The notes below the pieces were generated by a model that was not told the DNA's origin, ran no database searches, and saw only the letters and a list, made by a program, of their open reading frames with translations. A DNA stretch of 64,000 bases from Acidimicrobiales bacterium (GTDB lineage Bacteria; Actinomycetota; Acidimicrobiia; Acidimicrobiales; Aldehydirespiratoraceae): the NCBI GenBank assembly GCA_965116195.1, contig OZ220491.1, positions 336,042-400,041 on the forward strand. The letters run 5' to 3'. This document shows positions 1-9,449 of this stretch, one piece after another (positions within the stretch are counted from its first letter, which is position 1; each line of letters starts with the position of its first letter). The translations under genes were made by a program, and so were the position numbers.

Positions 1-1
1 C

Positions 2-382
2 GAGGACGCAGTTCATGTGTCTGACTTGATGGCTCCTGAGCACCTCGAAGTACACGCCGATGACCTGGAGTGGTGGCACAACCGGCTGCGCAACTACGGC
101 ACGATCTTTCTCGGTTCGCACGCAACGGTTGCCTATAGCGACAAGTCCATCGGTACGAATCACGTGCTCCCGACGCGCGGTGCAGCACGGTACACGAGCG
201 GCTTGTGGGTTGGGAGCTTCTTGAAGACGCCGACTTACCAGATCATCAACGACCCGGACCAGGCAACTCGAATCGCCGAGGCAACCGAGGCGATCAGCAA
301 CGCCGAAGGCATGTTCGGGCATGGTCTCACGGCATCCGTTCGTCTGGAGCGGCAACTCGAGGGATCAACATCGACACCATGA
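2..382 (+). CDS. histidinol dehydrogenase-family protein, C-terminal fragment (5' end outside window)
   Basis: Frame is open from the window edge. The translation APEHLEV...GTNHVLPTRGAARYTSGLWVGSFLK...AEGMFGHGLTASVRLE matches the conserved HisD C-terminal signature (NHVLPT-G-AR-SGL ... EGL-H). Confidence 0.75.
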   Translation, partial: EDAVHVSDLMAPEHLEVHADDLEWWHNRLRNYGTIFLGSHATVAYSDKSIGTNHVLPTRGAARYTSGLWVGSFLKTPTYQIINDPDQATRIAEATEAISNAEGMFGHGLTASVRLERQLEGSTSTP

Positions 383-410
383 CGGCTCGACACCGGAAAG
401 GACCTCAATC

Positions 411-2219
411 ATGAGCCACACCGCAGGACAATTGATCGCCAAAGCACTGAAGGCCTACGGAGTGCCATACGTCACGGGTCTACCGGGGCACGGCAACTGG
501 AGTTTGCTTGACGCGTTCTGTGACGATGACTGCAAGATGCCGTTTGTCCAGGTCTTCCACGAACAGTCGGCCGTTCACATCGCGGACGCCCACTACCGCG
601 TGACGGGTCAGCCCATTGCAGCGACCACCTCTATCGGCCCTGGCTCGACGAACACCGTGATCGGGCTCGCCACTGCCTACGCAGATTCCACGTCGCTGCT
701 GCTGTTGACCGGTTCCACCGCAACCCACATGCGAAATCACGGCGTGATGCAGGAGCTTGACCGGTTCCATTCGCCGGACTTCCCCGCCATCTCGGCAGCC
801 GTGACCAAGCGAAACTTCGAGATGGTGAAGGCCATTGAGGTGCCGTTCTTGATGCACCGGGCCTTCAACGCAATGTTGTCGGGCCGTCGAGGCCCAGTTC
901 ACATCGAGATACCGCTGGATGTCCAGGTTGAGCAGGCTGATGTGGATATCGCCGAGCTCAACCATCGGATTCCGCTCGGTCGCCTCCGTGCTGACGAAGA
1001 CGCGATCAACGCAGCGGTCGAGCTGCTGCTTGATGCCGAGCGCCCGTGCATCGTGGCCGGCGGAGGGGCCGTCATGTCGGACTCCACGCCCGAACTACAG
1101 GCTCTCGCGGAGCGCCTCGGGATCCCCGTCGTGTACACCTGGAACGGCAAGGGAGCATTGTCTGACGACCATCCCCGCAATGCTGGCACGGCAGGATGGC
1201 CTGGCTCGACACCGGGCAACACAGTGGCCGCCAATGCCGATGTCGTGTTGTCTTTGGGCTGCAAGTTCACCGATTGGTCGGCTTCATCGTGGCGAAAGGG
1301 CGCGACCTTCTCCCTCCCGCCCGGGAAGCTCATTCAAGTTGACATTGATGCCAACGAGATCGGCAAGAACTACCCGGCAGAGGTCGGCATCGTGGCGGAC
1401 GTGAAGTCGGCGCTTGCGGACATGCTGGCCGCTGTCTCCAAAGCTGACGAGGAGCGTGCGCTTACCGCCCGATCGGGATACCTGGACGAGATCGTCGGTC
1501 TCAAGTCCAGGTGGGAGGAGACCTTGGCCCCGCGACGGTACCACGACGGGTCGCCCACCACCATGCTCAGAGTTCTCCATGAGCTTCGGCAGGTTCTGCC
1601 CCGTAACGGCATTGTCACCGTCGGATCGGGCCATCCGCAGTCGTCAACCAAGCAGGCATTCCCGGTCTATGAGCCGCGAACACACATCACGTCAGGCAGT
1701 TTCTCGCCGATGGGGTTCGCAGTGCCGGCAGCGATCGGTGCCAAGCTTGCTGTGCCGGACACGCCGGTGGTCTGCATCGTCGGAGACGGAGACTTCATGA
1801 TGACGATGCAGGAACTTGCCATGTGTGTCATGTACGACATTCCTGTCGTCTTCGTGATCTTGAACAACAAGGGATTCATCTCGATTCGCGACGGCCAGGT
1901 AGGCCTCATGACCCGACAGATCGGATCCGAGTTCAACGACACCACCGGAAACGAGTACTCCGTGGAGTTCGCGGAGCTGGCCGGGACCTTCGGGTTTGAG
2001 CAGACCTACAAGGTCTCCTCCCCGGACAAGTTGCGTGACGCGCTACGACGTGCGATCGAGTCGAACGAACCGGCCGTTGTGGAGACAATCATCACCCGCG
2101 ATGCCTCTATCGCTGCTGCCGAGGTCGTCGGATGGTGGGACTTCCCACTTCTACCGACCGCTCCCACCGCGGCACGGGCTGACTACGAACTGGCCCTTGC
2201 CGAAGAACAGCATCTCTAG
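411..2219 (+). CDS. thiamine-diphosphate-dependent enzyme, acetolactate-synthase-large-subunit-like
   Basis: ORF 321..2219. ATG 411 is preferred because it follows GGAAAGGA and avoids overlap with the upstream gene. The N-terminus reads GQLIAKALKAYGVPYVTGLPG, and the ThDP-binding motif reads IVGDGDFMM...VILNNKGF. Confidence 0.85.
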   Translation: MSHTAGQLIAKALKAYGVPYVTGLPGHGNWSLLDAFCDDDCKMPFVQVFHEQSAVHIADAHYRVTGQPIAATTSIGPGSTNTVIGLATAYADSTSLLLLTGSTATHMRNHGVMQELDRFHSPDFPAISAAVTKRNFEMVKAIEVPFLMHRAFNAMLSGRRGPVHIEIPLDVQVEQADVDIAELNHRIPLGRLRADEDAINAAVELLLDAERPCIVAGGGAVMSDSTPELQALAERLGIPVVYTWNGKGALSDDHPRNAGTAGWPGSTPGNTVAANADVVLSLGCKFTDWSASSWRKGATFSLPPGKLIQVDIDANEIGKNYPAEVGIVADVKSALADMLAAVSKADEERALTARSGYLDEIVGLKSRWEETLAPRRYHDGSPTTMLRVLHELRQVLPRNGIVTVGSGHPQSSTKQAFPVYEPRTHITSGSFSPMGFAVPAAIGAKLAVPDTPVVCIVGDGDFMMTMQELAMCVMYDIPVVFVILNNKGFISIRDGQVGLMTRQIGSEFNDTTGNEYSVEFAELAGTFGFEQTYKVSSPDKLRDALRRAIESNEPAVVETIITRDASIAAAEVVGWWDFPLLPTAPTAARADYELALAEEQHL

Positions 2220-2252
2220 GCCGACGACTGAGGACGGGCGAGGCTTGGTGAG

Positions 2253-3302
2253 ATGACCCCTACGAGCAACATGCAACGCCTGGCTGTGGCCTCGCAACCG
2301 TTGACGCGCGGTGCGGTGGCCGGGCTGCTGGTTGGGCAGCGCACCGGCCGTCAGGCTGCTCTGCTCGTGGTGAAGACCGCAGCGCTGGGGTGGGTCACCT
2401 ACCACGTCGTCTCACAATCATTCGTGATCGGCGACCGGTCCCTGCTCGTGCTCTTGAACGGTCTCACCGCGGCCGGCCTGTACTTCTTGATGGCCAGTGG
2501 TTTCACACTGGTTTTCGGGCTGGTACGGGTAACGAACCTTGCACATGGTGGCCTGTATCTTCTCGGAGGCTATGTCGCGTTGTCAACGCAACGGACAACC
2601 GGCAACTGGCTGGCTGCGGTGGGTCTGGGGGCGATGTTCGCTGGTGGTCTGAGCGTTGTCCTCTATCTCCTTCTTCGTCGCCTGCGAGGTGATGGGCTGC
2701 GAGAGACCATGCTGACGCTGGGTGCCGCGATCGTCATGGCAGATCAAGCGCTCGCTCGCTGGGGCGGGATCCCCTCGGACCTTTACCCTCCCTCATTCCT
2801 TCAGGGCTCTCTTGACCTACCGGGCAGCAACCTCCTCTATCCCAAGTTCCGGCTCGCAGTGATGGGCCTCGCACTGCTTGCGGGTCTTGTGATCTGGATT
2901 GTCCTGTTCCGAACCCGACTCGGCATGAGGATTCGTGCCGGGGTTGCCGATCCGGACATGGTGTCGATCCTCGGGATTCGCGTTGAGGTCGTGTTCTGCA
3001 CCGCGTTCGTCCTGGCTGGGATGCTTGCAGGCGTTGCCGGCGCTGCTGGTGGGACGTATCTGTCGCTCGCCCAAGGCGAGGACAACAGAATCCTGTTGGC
3101 ATCGCTGATTGTCGTGATCGCCGGTGGACTCGGCAGCATCAGCGGTGCGGCCATTGCCTCCGTCGTGGTCGGATTGGTCGAGGCGTTCGCGCAGACACAC
3201 CACCCGATCTTCAGCGTCCTGATTACGTTCGGCACGCTGATCGCCATCTTGGCGTTGCGTCCGTACGGACTGATGTGGAGGGCGACGGATGAACGGCAGT
3301 AG
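2253..3302 (+). CDS. branched-chain amino acid ABC transporter permease (LivH-like)
   Basis: Polytopic membrane protein with the LivH-type stretch FTLVFGLVRVTNLAHGGLYLLGGY. It lies in an operon with a second permease, a binding protein and two ATPases. The exact start is uncertain because the N-terminal ~50 aa are atypical. Confidence 0.8.
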   Translation: MTPTSNMQRLAVASQPLTRGAVAGLLVGQRTGRQAALLVVKTAALGWVTYHVVSQSFVIGDRSLLVLLNGLTAAGLYFLMASGFTLVFGLVRVTNLAHGGLYLLGGYVALSTQRTTGNWLAAVGLGAMFAGGLSVVLYLLLRRLRGDGLRETMLTLGAAIVMADQALARWGGIPSDLYPPSFLQGSLDLPGSNLLYPKFRLAVMGLALLAGLVIWIVLFRTRLGMRIRAGVADPDMVSILGIRVEVVFCTAFVLAGMLAGVAGAAGGTYLSLAQGEDNRILLASLIVVIAGGLGSISGAAIASVVVGLVEAFAQTHHPIFSVLITFGTLIAILALRPYGLMWRATDERQ

Positions 3303-4311
3303 CCGGTCGCTCGGTTGGTTGGCGGCACTCCCCGCGACAGGTGCAGCGATCGCAGTAGTACCGGCACTCGTGTCGGACTTCTTCTTGCTGCAGATCGTCG
3401 TCAAGTCGTTGTGGCTGGGGATCGTCGGTGCCAGCCTGGCTTTTCTGGTTGGCCAGGCAGGCTTGATTTCGCTGGCACAAACCGCCGTGTCCGGGACATC
3501 CGGGTACGTGATGGCGATCCTCGTACTTGACCATGGCTGGAGCATCTGGGTCGCGGTTGCACTGGCAGTCGCAGCAGGTCCGGTCGCCGGTCTGGTCGTG
3601 GGCGTTGTCAGTCGCCGGTCCTCGGACCTCTACCTGATGATGCTGACGTTGGCCATCGGTGTGTTCGGTTTCTTCTTCGCTCAGCAATACCAACCCATCA
3701 CCCGGGGCCACACCGGGTTCAACGGCTTCGATGCGCCGACGTTCTTTGGCGTTGATCTCAACGACCGGACACCGCTCTATGTCTTCAGCGCTGTGGCGGC
3801 GGTACTGGTTGTCGTTGGATTTCGGTTTGTGATGACGACGCGCGCCGGCTTGGCCTACAGAGGACTCCGAGACAACCGGAAGCGGCTAAAGGCCCTCGGC
3901 TACAGCACTGAAGCGACCACGGTCTCAGCGTTCACGGTTGCTGGATTCGCTGCAGGTGTCGGCGGGGTCATTTCAGTTTGGTACAACGGCGCGATCTCGC
4001 CGGGGTCTGTTGACATCACCCGCATCATCGAGTTGTTGATCGTGGTGACGATCGGCGGCGCGCTCCGGATCGAGGGAGCGTTCCTCGGAGCGTTCGCGGT
4101 CACATTGCTCCAAAACTATGCGAGCGATTACACAAATCGCGTTGACACGCTTGTGGGCGTTGTCTTCATGATCGTCGTTTTGTTCTCCCAGCACGGTCTC
4201 ATTGGTCTCCTGCTGGGCACCAGGTCTCAAGCGCAACGGGCGCTTGGGTTGATCCGGGACCAACCTCTGGTTCCGGAGGGGTCAGGCGATGGGCACCGGT
4301 CCGTCGCCTGA
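3289..4311 (+). CDS. branched-chain amino acid ABC transporter permease (LivM-like)
   Basis: The start overlaps the upstream permease by 14 nt. It is a polytopic hydrophobic protein in the second-permease position of a Liv-type operon. Confidence 0.8.
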   Translation: MNGSSRSLGWLAALPATGAAIAVVPALVSDFFLLQIVVKSLWLGIVGASLAFLVGQAGLISLAQTAVSGTSGYVMAILVLDHGWSIWVAVALAVAAGPVAGLVVGVVSRRSSDLYLMMLTLAIGVFGFFFAQQYQPITRGHTGFNGFDAPTFFGVDLNDRTPLYVFSAVAAVLVVVGFRFVMTTRAGLAYRGLRDNRKRLKALGYSTEATTVSAFTVAGFAAGVGGVISVWYNGAISPGSVDITRIIELLIVVTIGGALRIEGAFLGAFAVTLLQNYASDYTNRVDTLVGVVFMIVVLFSQHGLIGLLLGTRSQAQRALGLIRDQPLVPEGSGDGHRSVA

Positions 4312-4367
4312 GCAAGCAACTCAACCGCGAGAACATCGTGGTTGTTGACAACAGGAAGGAACCTTTC

Positions 4368-5786
4368 ATGCGAACACCCACATTGAGGTCGCTGTGGCGG
4401 CTTCTTGCCATCGTCGCGGCGCTCGGCCTGATCGCCGCAGCCTGCGGCGATGACGATGACACGGCCAGCGACGACATTCAGTTAGCAACGTCCGTTCCCG
4501 CCGGTGCTGAGGACACCGACGGGAACACCACCGACGAGCCTGCTGACGACACAACCGCCGAAGACGAGGCCCCGGATGACGATGGTGCTATGAATGCTAC
4601 CGAGAGCATCACGATCGGTGCCATCTCAACCCTTGACGGCCCCTTCGCTGCGCTCGGTGACTTCTCGATGCACGGTGTCAAGTTGGCGTTATTGGAGTAC
4701 GGCGGCGTGCTTGACGGAACCGACACGCGCGACGGCGTGTCGGGTGCGACGGTGGCCGGCATCGAGATCAACCTCTTGATTGAAGGGTCCGATGCAACGC
4801 CTGACGTTGCGGTGGAAGCGACCCGGAAGATGGTCGAGCAGGGCGGGGCCGACATCATTGTCGGTCCGCTGTCCGGCGATGAGGGTCTGGCCCTCAAGGA
4901 CTACATCCGGGACATGCCCGAGGTCACGCTCGTCAACGGTACCTCCGCATCGCAGGACCTGACGCTGCGGGACCCGGCACCCAACGTGTTCCGTTTCGGC
5001 GGCGACGGGGCCATGTGGACATTCGGAGTCGGCACCTATGCCTACGAGACACTGGGGTACCGCAACATTGCAGTCATCGCGGAGGACTACTCCTATCCCT
5101 ACGACCAGGTCGGCGCCGTGCTTTCGGAGTTCTGCTCGGCCGGCGGTTCTGTAGCCGAGAGGATCTGGGTGCCGCTCGGGACGCAGGATTATTCGTCGTT
5201 CGTGGCGCAGATTCCAGACGATGTGGATGCGGTCTTTTTTGCCATGGGCGGGACCGACGCGATCAACTTTGTCAAGCAGTACGATGAGTTCACGGGTCAG
5301 GCGATCCCGCTGATCGCAGGTCCGACGGCTGTTGATCAGTCGGTGTTGGACGAGCTTGGTGATCGTGCCGAGGGCCTCGTTTCATCCGGCCCGGTGGTTG
5401 ACGACTCAGGCCTCGCAGCGTTTGATGAGTTCGCCGCGACGTTGGACGAAGTGTTCCCGGGCCAGACCCCGAACACCTTCAATGTCTATTACTACATCGC
5501 GATGAAGTCGGTGCTTCAGGCCCTTGAGGAGGTCGGCGCTGACATCAGCGACGGCAGTGCTGCGTTCCAGGCCGCCCTCGCTGAGCAGGCTTGGGAGACT
5601 CCGATCGGCCCGGTCGTCCTGGACGAGAATCGGCAGGCCGTCGTTGACATGTACCTGCGTCAGGTGCAGGAAGGGGCGCAGGTCACCATCAAGACGCTTC
5701 CCCAGGTCAACGCAACCCTTGGCTTCCCAGCCGAAGACTACATCGCCCAGGGCAGCTTCAGCCGCGACAACCCGGCCTGTAGCTAG
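4368..5786 (+). CDS. ABC transporter substrate-binding lipoprotein (Leu/Ile/Val-binding protein family)
   Basis: ATG 4368 follows AGGAAGGA. A signal peptide with lipobox LIAAACG is followed by an acidic Asp/Thr-rich linker and then a type I periplasmic-binding fold (GPLSGDEGLAL, FFAMGGTDAINFVKQ). Confidence 0.8.
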   Translation: MRTPTLRSLWRLLAIVAALGLIAAACGDDDDTASDDIQLATSVPAGAEDTDGNTTDEPADDTTAEDEAPDDDGAMNATESITIGAISTLDGPFAALGDFSMHGVKLALLEYGGVLDGTDTRDGVSGATVAGIEINLLIEGSDATPDVAVEATRKMVEQGGADIIVGPLSGDEGLALKDYIRDMPEVTLVNGTSASQDLTLRDPAPNVFRFGGDGAMWTFGVGTYAYETLGYRNIAVIAEDYSYPYDQVGAVLSEFCSAGGSVAERIWVPLGTQDYSSFVAQIPDDVDAVFFAMGGTDAINFVKQYDEFTGQAIPLIAGPTAVDQSVLDELGDRAEGLVSSGPVVDDSGLAAFDEFAATLDEVFPGQTPNTFNVYYYIAMKSVLQALEEVGADISDGSAAFQAALAEQAWETPIGPVVLDENRQAVVDMYLRQVQEGAQVTIKTLPQVNATLGFPAEDYIAQGSFSRDNPACS

Positions 5787-5815
5787 TTCCAAGGTGGCAG
5801 TGAGGGCTCCTCGAC

Positions 5816-6622
5816 ATGTTCAAGTCTGACGATGACAGCAAGCACTCGTATCGGCCCTTGTTGGTGGAGAGTGTTTCGCGGTCTTTCGAAGGCCTCCGGG
5901 CCGTCTACAATGTCAGCTTCACGGTTGATGTCGGGGAGCGCCTCGCTGTGCTCGGCCCCAACGGTGCCGGCAAGTCAACTCTGTTCAACCTGATATGCGG
6001 AGATCTTGCTGTTGATGCCGGGACAGTCACTCTGAAGGGAGAGGATGTCACTTCTCTCGCTCTACATCATCGGGTGAGGAGGGGGCTTGCGCGGACCTAC
6101 CAGACATCATCGGTGTTCGACGATCTGACAGTCCGTGAGCACTTGACGCTCGCGAGCCAGGGTCCACGCCGTGGCCGTTTGTCGCTTTTGGGCAGACCAA
6201 GTGGGAGTGAAGCCCGACTCAGACATCTGTCGCAGGCGACCCGTGTCGGGCTAGCCGAACGTCTCAACGACCCGGCTTCAGCTTTGAGCCATGGCGAGTT
6301 GCGACAACTTGAGGTGGGCATGGCCCTCGCCGCTGAGCCGAGTGTGGTTCTGCTTGATGAACCCGCTGCTGGGCTCTCGGCTGACGAACGCAAGCGCTTG
6401 ACGGAGCTGCTGCTCAACCTGGAACCTGACATCTCCGTGGTGCTGGTTGAACATGACATGGATGTCGCTTTGACAGTGGCTGAGCGGGTCCTCGTTCTCA
6501 ATCGGGGTGCGGTGGTCGCAGAGGGCACGCCAGACGAGATCGAAAGCGACCCGCTCGTGCAGGCAATCTATCTGGGTGAACAACACGAGAATCCGCTTGA
6601 GCAACAGGCTTGCTCAGCGTGA
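5816..6622 (+). CDS. ABC transporter ATP-binding protein (LivG-like)
   Basis: Walker A GPNGAGKST, ABC signature LSHGELRQLE, Walker B VVLLDEPAAGL. Confidence 0.85.
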   Translation: MFKSDDDSKHSYRPLLVESVSRSFEGLRAVYNVSFTVDVGERLAVLGPNGAGKSTLFNLICGDLAVDAGTVTLKGEDVTSLALHHRVRRGLARTYQTSSVFDDLTVREHLTLASQGPRRGRLSLLGRPSGSEARLRHLSQATRVGLAERLNDPASALSHGELRQLEVGMALAAEPSVVLLDEPAAGLSADERKRLTELLLNLEPDISVVLVEHDMDVALTVAERVLVLNRGAVVAEGTPDEIESDPLVQAIYLGEQHENPLEQQACSA

Positions 6623-6631
6623 AGGCTCAGT

Positions 6632-7351
6632 GTGAAGGATCATCCCTTGTTTGATGTCGCGGTCACCCATGCCGCCTACGGCACCGCCACCGTCCTCCAC
6701 AACATCTCGTTCTCCATGCACGTGGAGTCCGTGTCGATCGTCGGCAGGAACGGCATGGGCAAGTCGACACTGTGCAGAGTTGTCACCGGCATGCACTCCA
6801 ACGCCGCTGGGTCAATCAGGCTTCACGGCCGAGAACTCCTTGGTCGTCGCCCCACGCAGATCGGGCGATCAGGCATCGGCTACGTACCACAAGGCCGACG
6901 GGTCTTCGCCACACTCACAGTGGACGAACACTTCGCCATGCTGGGGTCACACCAGTCGAAGGGCTGGCCAACTGAACGCCTTTACACGTTGTTCCCGAAG
7001 CTGAAAGAACGGCGCCGACACCTTGGAGGGAACCTGTCGGGCGGAGAACAACAGATGCTTGCGATCGCAAGAGCGATTGCGGTCGGCCCGAAACTGCTGA
7101 TCATGGATGAGCCTTCCGAAGGCCTTGCTCCCGTCGTTGTCAACGATCTCATCAAGGCATGCGGCACGCTCACGGATCAAGAAGAGATCAACCTCATCGT
7201 CGTTGAACAGAACCTCCATGTCGCCACACGCCTGGCTGACCGAATTCTGGTCATGGCTCACGGGGAGATCGTGGCCGACCTCTCCACCGCGGAGTTCCAT
7301 TCGCGACCCGATCTCCAGGAGCGCTACCTCGGCGTCTCCCGATCTGGCTAG
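6632..7351 (+). CDS. ABC transporter ATP-binding protein (LivF-like)
   Basis: GTG start. Walker A GRNGMGKST, signature LSGGEQQML, Walker B LLIMDEPSEGL. Confidence 0.85.
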   Translation: MKDHPLFDVAVTHAAYGTATVLHNISFSMHVESVSIVGRNGMGKSTLCRVVTGMHSNAAGSIRLHGRELLGRRPTQIGRSGIGYVPQGRRVFATLTVDEHFAMLGSHQSKGWPTERLYTLFPKLKERRRHLGGNLSGGEQQMLAIARAIAVGPKLLIMDEPSEGLAPVVVNDLIKACGTLTDQEEINLIVVEQNLHVATRLADRILVMAHGEIVADLSTAEFHSRPDLQERYLGVSRSG

Positions 7352-7581
7352 GCCGGACGTCGCAGGACGTTGGGAGATCTCCGGCGTTGGCCGGACATCT
7401 GGGAAGGGCGGGAATTCCCTGGTGTTGGCTCAGTTCCGGTTCCCGATACCTGCGCCTCGTCGAAATCTGTGCGGCTGCACCCCCTGCACCCCGATGGCGG
7501 CTTTATCGCCTCCACATGAGGGGCACATGTTCAATGGCTTGAGACGCGATTACGACGCGACGGTGCGAGACGGAGGTTCGT

Positions 7582-8535
7582 TCAGCGCAGCAGATCAGCG
7601 ATCCAGGCGTCAAGGCGGTTTTTGTGGGTGTCGGTCATCTTTGTGGGCAAGGCCATGAAGCCGTGAGGTGCGTCCGGGTAGACGGCCAACTCAACCTGAC
7701 ATTCAGATGCCGCCAGACGGGCCGCCATGAACAGCGAGTCATCGAGCAGATGGTCGGCGGTGCCCACCGACAGCAGGCACGGAGGCAGCCCTCGCAAGTC
7801 CCCGAACAGTGGTGACACATCGGGATTGCGACGCTGGTCTGCGTTCAGATGCCCCACGAAGAACTCGGTCATCATCAGTAGTTGACTCGAACTCAACAGG
7901 TCGGGATGTCCGCCGTTGTTGTACACCGACGGTGTGCCCCGCAGGTCATAGCAGCCGAACACCAGGTTGGCTCCCAGCACCGAATTGACGGCGTTGTGAC
8001 GGTCACGCAGTCGCAACATGGTGACCGCAGCCAGATGCGCGCCGGCGGACTCCCCGGCCATGAGCAGGCGGTCGGTGCCCCACTCATCCTGGCCGTGTTC
8101 GAGCATCCACAGTGCCGCAGCCTCGCAGTCGTCGGGAGCGGCGGGGTAGGGGTGTTCGGGTGCCAGTCGGTAGTCCACGGACAGTACTGCCAGGTCGTGG
8201 GTCAGGGCCAGGTGTTCGTTGCTGCTGTCGCTCATGGCTGGGTCACCGGTGCTCCAGCCGCCCCCGTGGATGTGCAACAGCATCGCTTGGGGCGTGTCGG
8301 GCACGAGCAGTCGCACCGGCAGGTCACCCCCCGGGTCCGGGATCACGCTGTTGGTTGCCAGGGTTGAGACGGTTGCCTGGCTTGTCAGGGTCTGTATCGC
8401 TTGGCGGAGTGCCTGGGCTCGCCCCATGTCATCTTCGGGCAGCACTCCGGCCAGGTCCTCCACAGATGGCAGCATTTCCAGCCAGGTTCGTGCCTCGGGG
8501 CGGAGGCACTCCATCTGGTCATCCCATAGTCGCAT
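7582..8535 (-). CDS. alpha/beta hydrolase, hormone-sensitive-lipase-type esterase
   Basis: Oxyanion motif HIHGGGW and nucleophile elbow GESAGAHL. ATG 8535 (MRLWDDQ...) is preferred because it follows AGGAGCAACAG. The longer 401-aa ORF runs through duplicated leader sequence. Confidence 0.8.
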   Translation of the reverse strand: MRLWDDQMECLRPEARTWLEMLPSVEDLAGVLPEDDMGRAQALRQAIQTLTSQATVSTLATNSVIPDPGGDLPVRLLVPDTPQAMLLHIHGGGWSTGDPAMSDSSNEHLALTHDLAVLSVDYRLAPEHPYPAAPDDCEAAALWMLEHGQDEWGTDRLLMAGESAGAHLAAVTMLRLRDRHNAVNSVLGANLVFGCYDLRGTPSVYNNGGHPDLLSSSQLLMMTEFFVGHLNADQRRNPDVSPLFGDLRGLPPCLLSVGTADHLLDDSLFMAARLAASECQVELAVYPDAPHGFMALPTKMTDTHKNRLDAWIADLLR

Positions 8536-8640
8536 CTGTTGCTCCTGTGTGTCACTTTGTGTGGGGTTGACGACAAGCGGCGGCTTGGCGAAGGGCTGGA
8601 AGATGTCGCATCTGTTGCTCCTGTGTATCAATTTGTGTGG
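8529..8640. repeat. 76-bp-period direct duplication of the esterase SD/start region
   Basis: GTCGCATCTGTTGCTCCTGTGT(G/A)TCA(C/A)TTTGTGTGG occurs at 8529-8564 and 8605-8640 with 2 mismatches. Confidence 0.9.
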
Positions 8641-8895
8641 TTTGCCGCCGACCGCGGCGTGTCGGTTGTCCGCGACCGCCACCCAGACAGGTACCAGCCC
8701 TCTTTGACCTGTTGCTGCCGACCGCAGTACCTCTGTTGATCGCGTACCCGCTGCAAGGTGGTCGTGATTGGTTGCGAAGGCTTCCACACACGATCACGCT
8801 GATGGTGGCAATTGGTGAGGGTAAGGCCGGTTCAGTGGCAATGGCGGCAACTTCGGCTACCCTTCATCATCCATCAAGTCCTCTTGATGGGCCAT

Positions 8896-8979
8896 GTCGG
8901 AGTGGCGGAATAGGAAGACGCGCTAGCTTGAGGGGCTAGTGCCCCAAGGGGCGTGGGGGTTCAAGTCCCCCCTCCGACA
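8896..8979 (+). tRNA. tRNA-Leu (anticodon GAG), class II with long variable arm
   Basis: Acceptor stem GTCGGAG/CTCCGAC. Anticodon stem CTAGC/GCTAG with loop TTGAGGG. Variable arm GCCCCAAGGGGC. T-arm GGGGG-TTCAAGT-CCCCC. The sequence closely resembles canonical bacterial tRNA-Leu. CCA is not encoded. Confidence 0.9.
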
Positions 8980-9449
8980 CACTCGTCAGCACGAACGTCA
9001 GATCCCGCAGAGACCTGCCTCCCTCGGATGCTGAACGATTGACAGCAAGTACCTCAGATGGACATCGCTGGACAAGGCCTTGGGTCTTGCTCTGTTGGCG
9101 CTCAACTGACGGAGTCGCCCGACTGTTTGACGGAGGGGTTGGGTTTCGTTGTGAGGGAACGCTAAGTGGAGCCGTGATGACGTTTGAGTTGATAACCGTG
9201 CGTTGTCATATCGGTGATGATCTTTCAGATAAATCTCGCGAATCTGTATGGTAGGACAATGGTCCTCCATACACATGCACGATCAACCCGTCCCGTTGGA
9301 CGATCGGTTGCTGGCGTGAGGTGTCGGCTGGGTCAACCCATGGAGTTCGCCCTTGGGGAAGGTCACGGCTGGGCGACTGCTGCGCGTGCATGGCGTGAAT
9401 TCCGAAGGTCCAGCGTGGAACGGATGTAGCGACAGGAGTCGGGGCCGAA

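Noticed and set aside
321-410. N-terminal extension of the ThDP enzyme (ORF-track start at 321).
   Set aside because: The extension overlaps the HisD-like gene and is Arg/His-rich junk. ATG 411 has an SD-like GGAAAGGA and gives the canonical N-terminus.
2817-3545. Long antisense or overlapping ORFs throughout the window. Examples: 2817..3545(-), 18812..19528(-), 26435..27106(-), 31949..33268(+), 47238..47861(-), 49704..50447(-), 55185..55892(-).
   Set aside because: These are typical shadow ORFs of high-GC DNA. Each lies entirely opposite to, or out of frame within, a gene with clear family motifs. Their translations are Arg/Pro/Ser/Gly-rich with no recognisable domains.
7352-7581. Possible structured RNA or terminator between the convergent LivF-like and esterase genes (GGCCGGAC repeated at about 7351 and 7391).
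   Set aside because: Only short imperfect repeats are present, and I could not define a convincing stem-loop with a U-tract by eye.
8536-8787. 401-aa long form of the esterase.
   Set aside because: The extra 84 codons run through the duplicated leader and have no hydrolase homology. ATG 8535 is preceded by AGGAG.
8980-9449. Integrase or recombinase expected next to tRNA-Leu.
   Set aside because: Only short ORFs occur here (8998..9276, 9206..9391 and others). None shows the tyrosine- or serine-recombinase motifs in any frame I translated.
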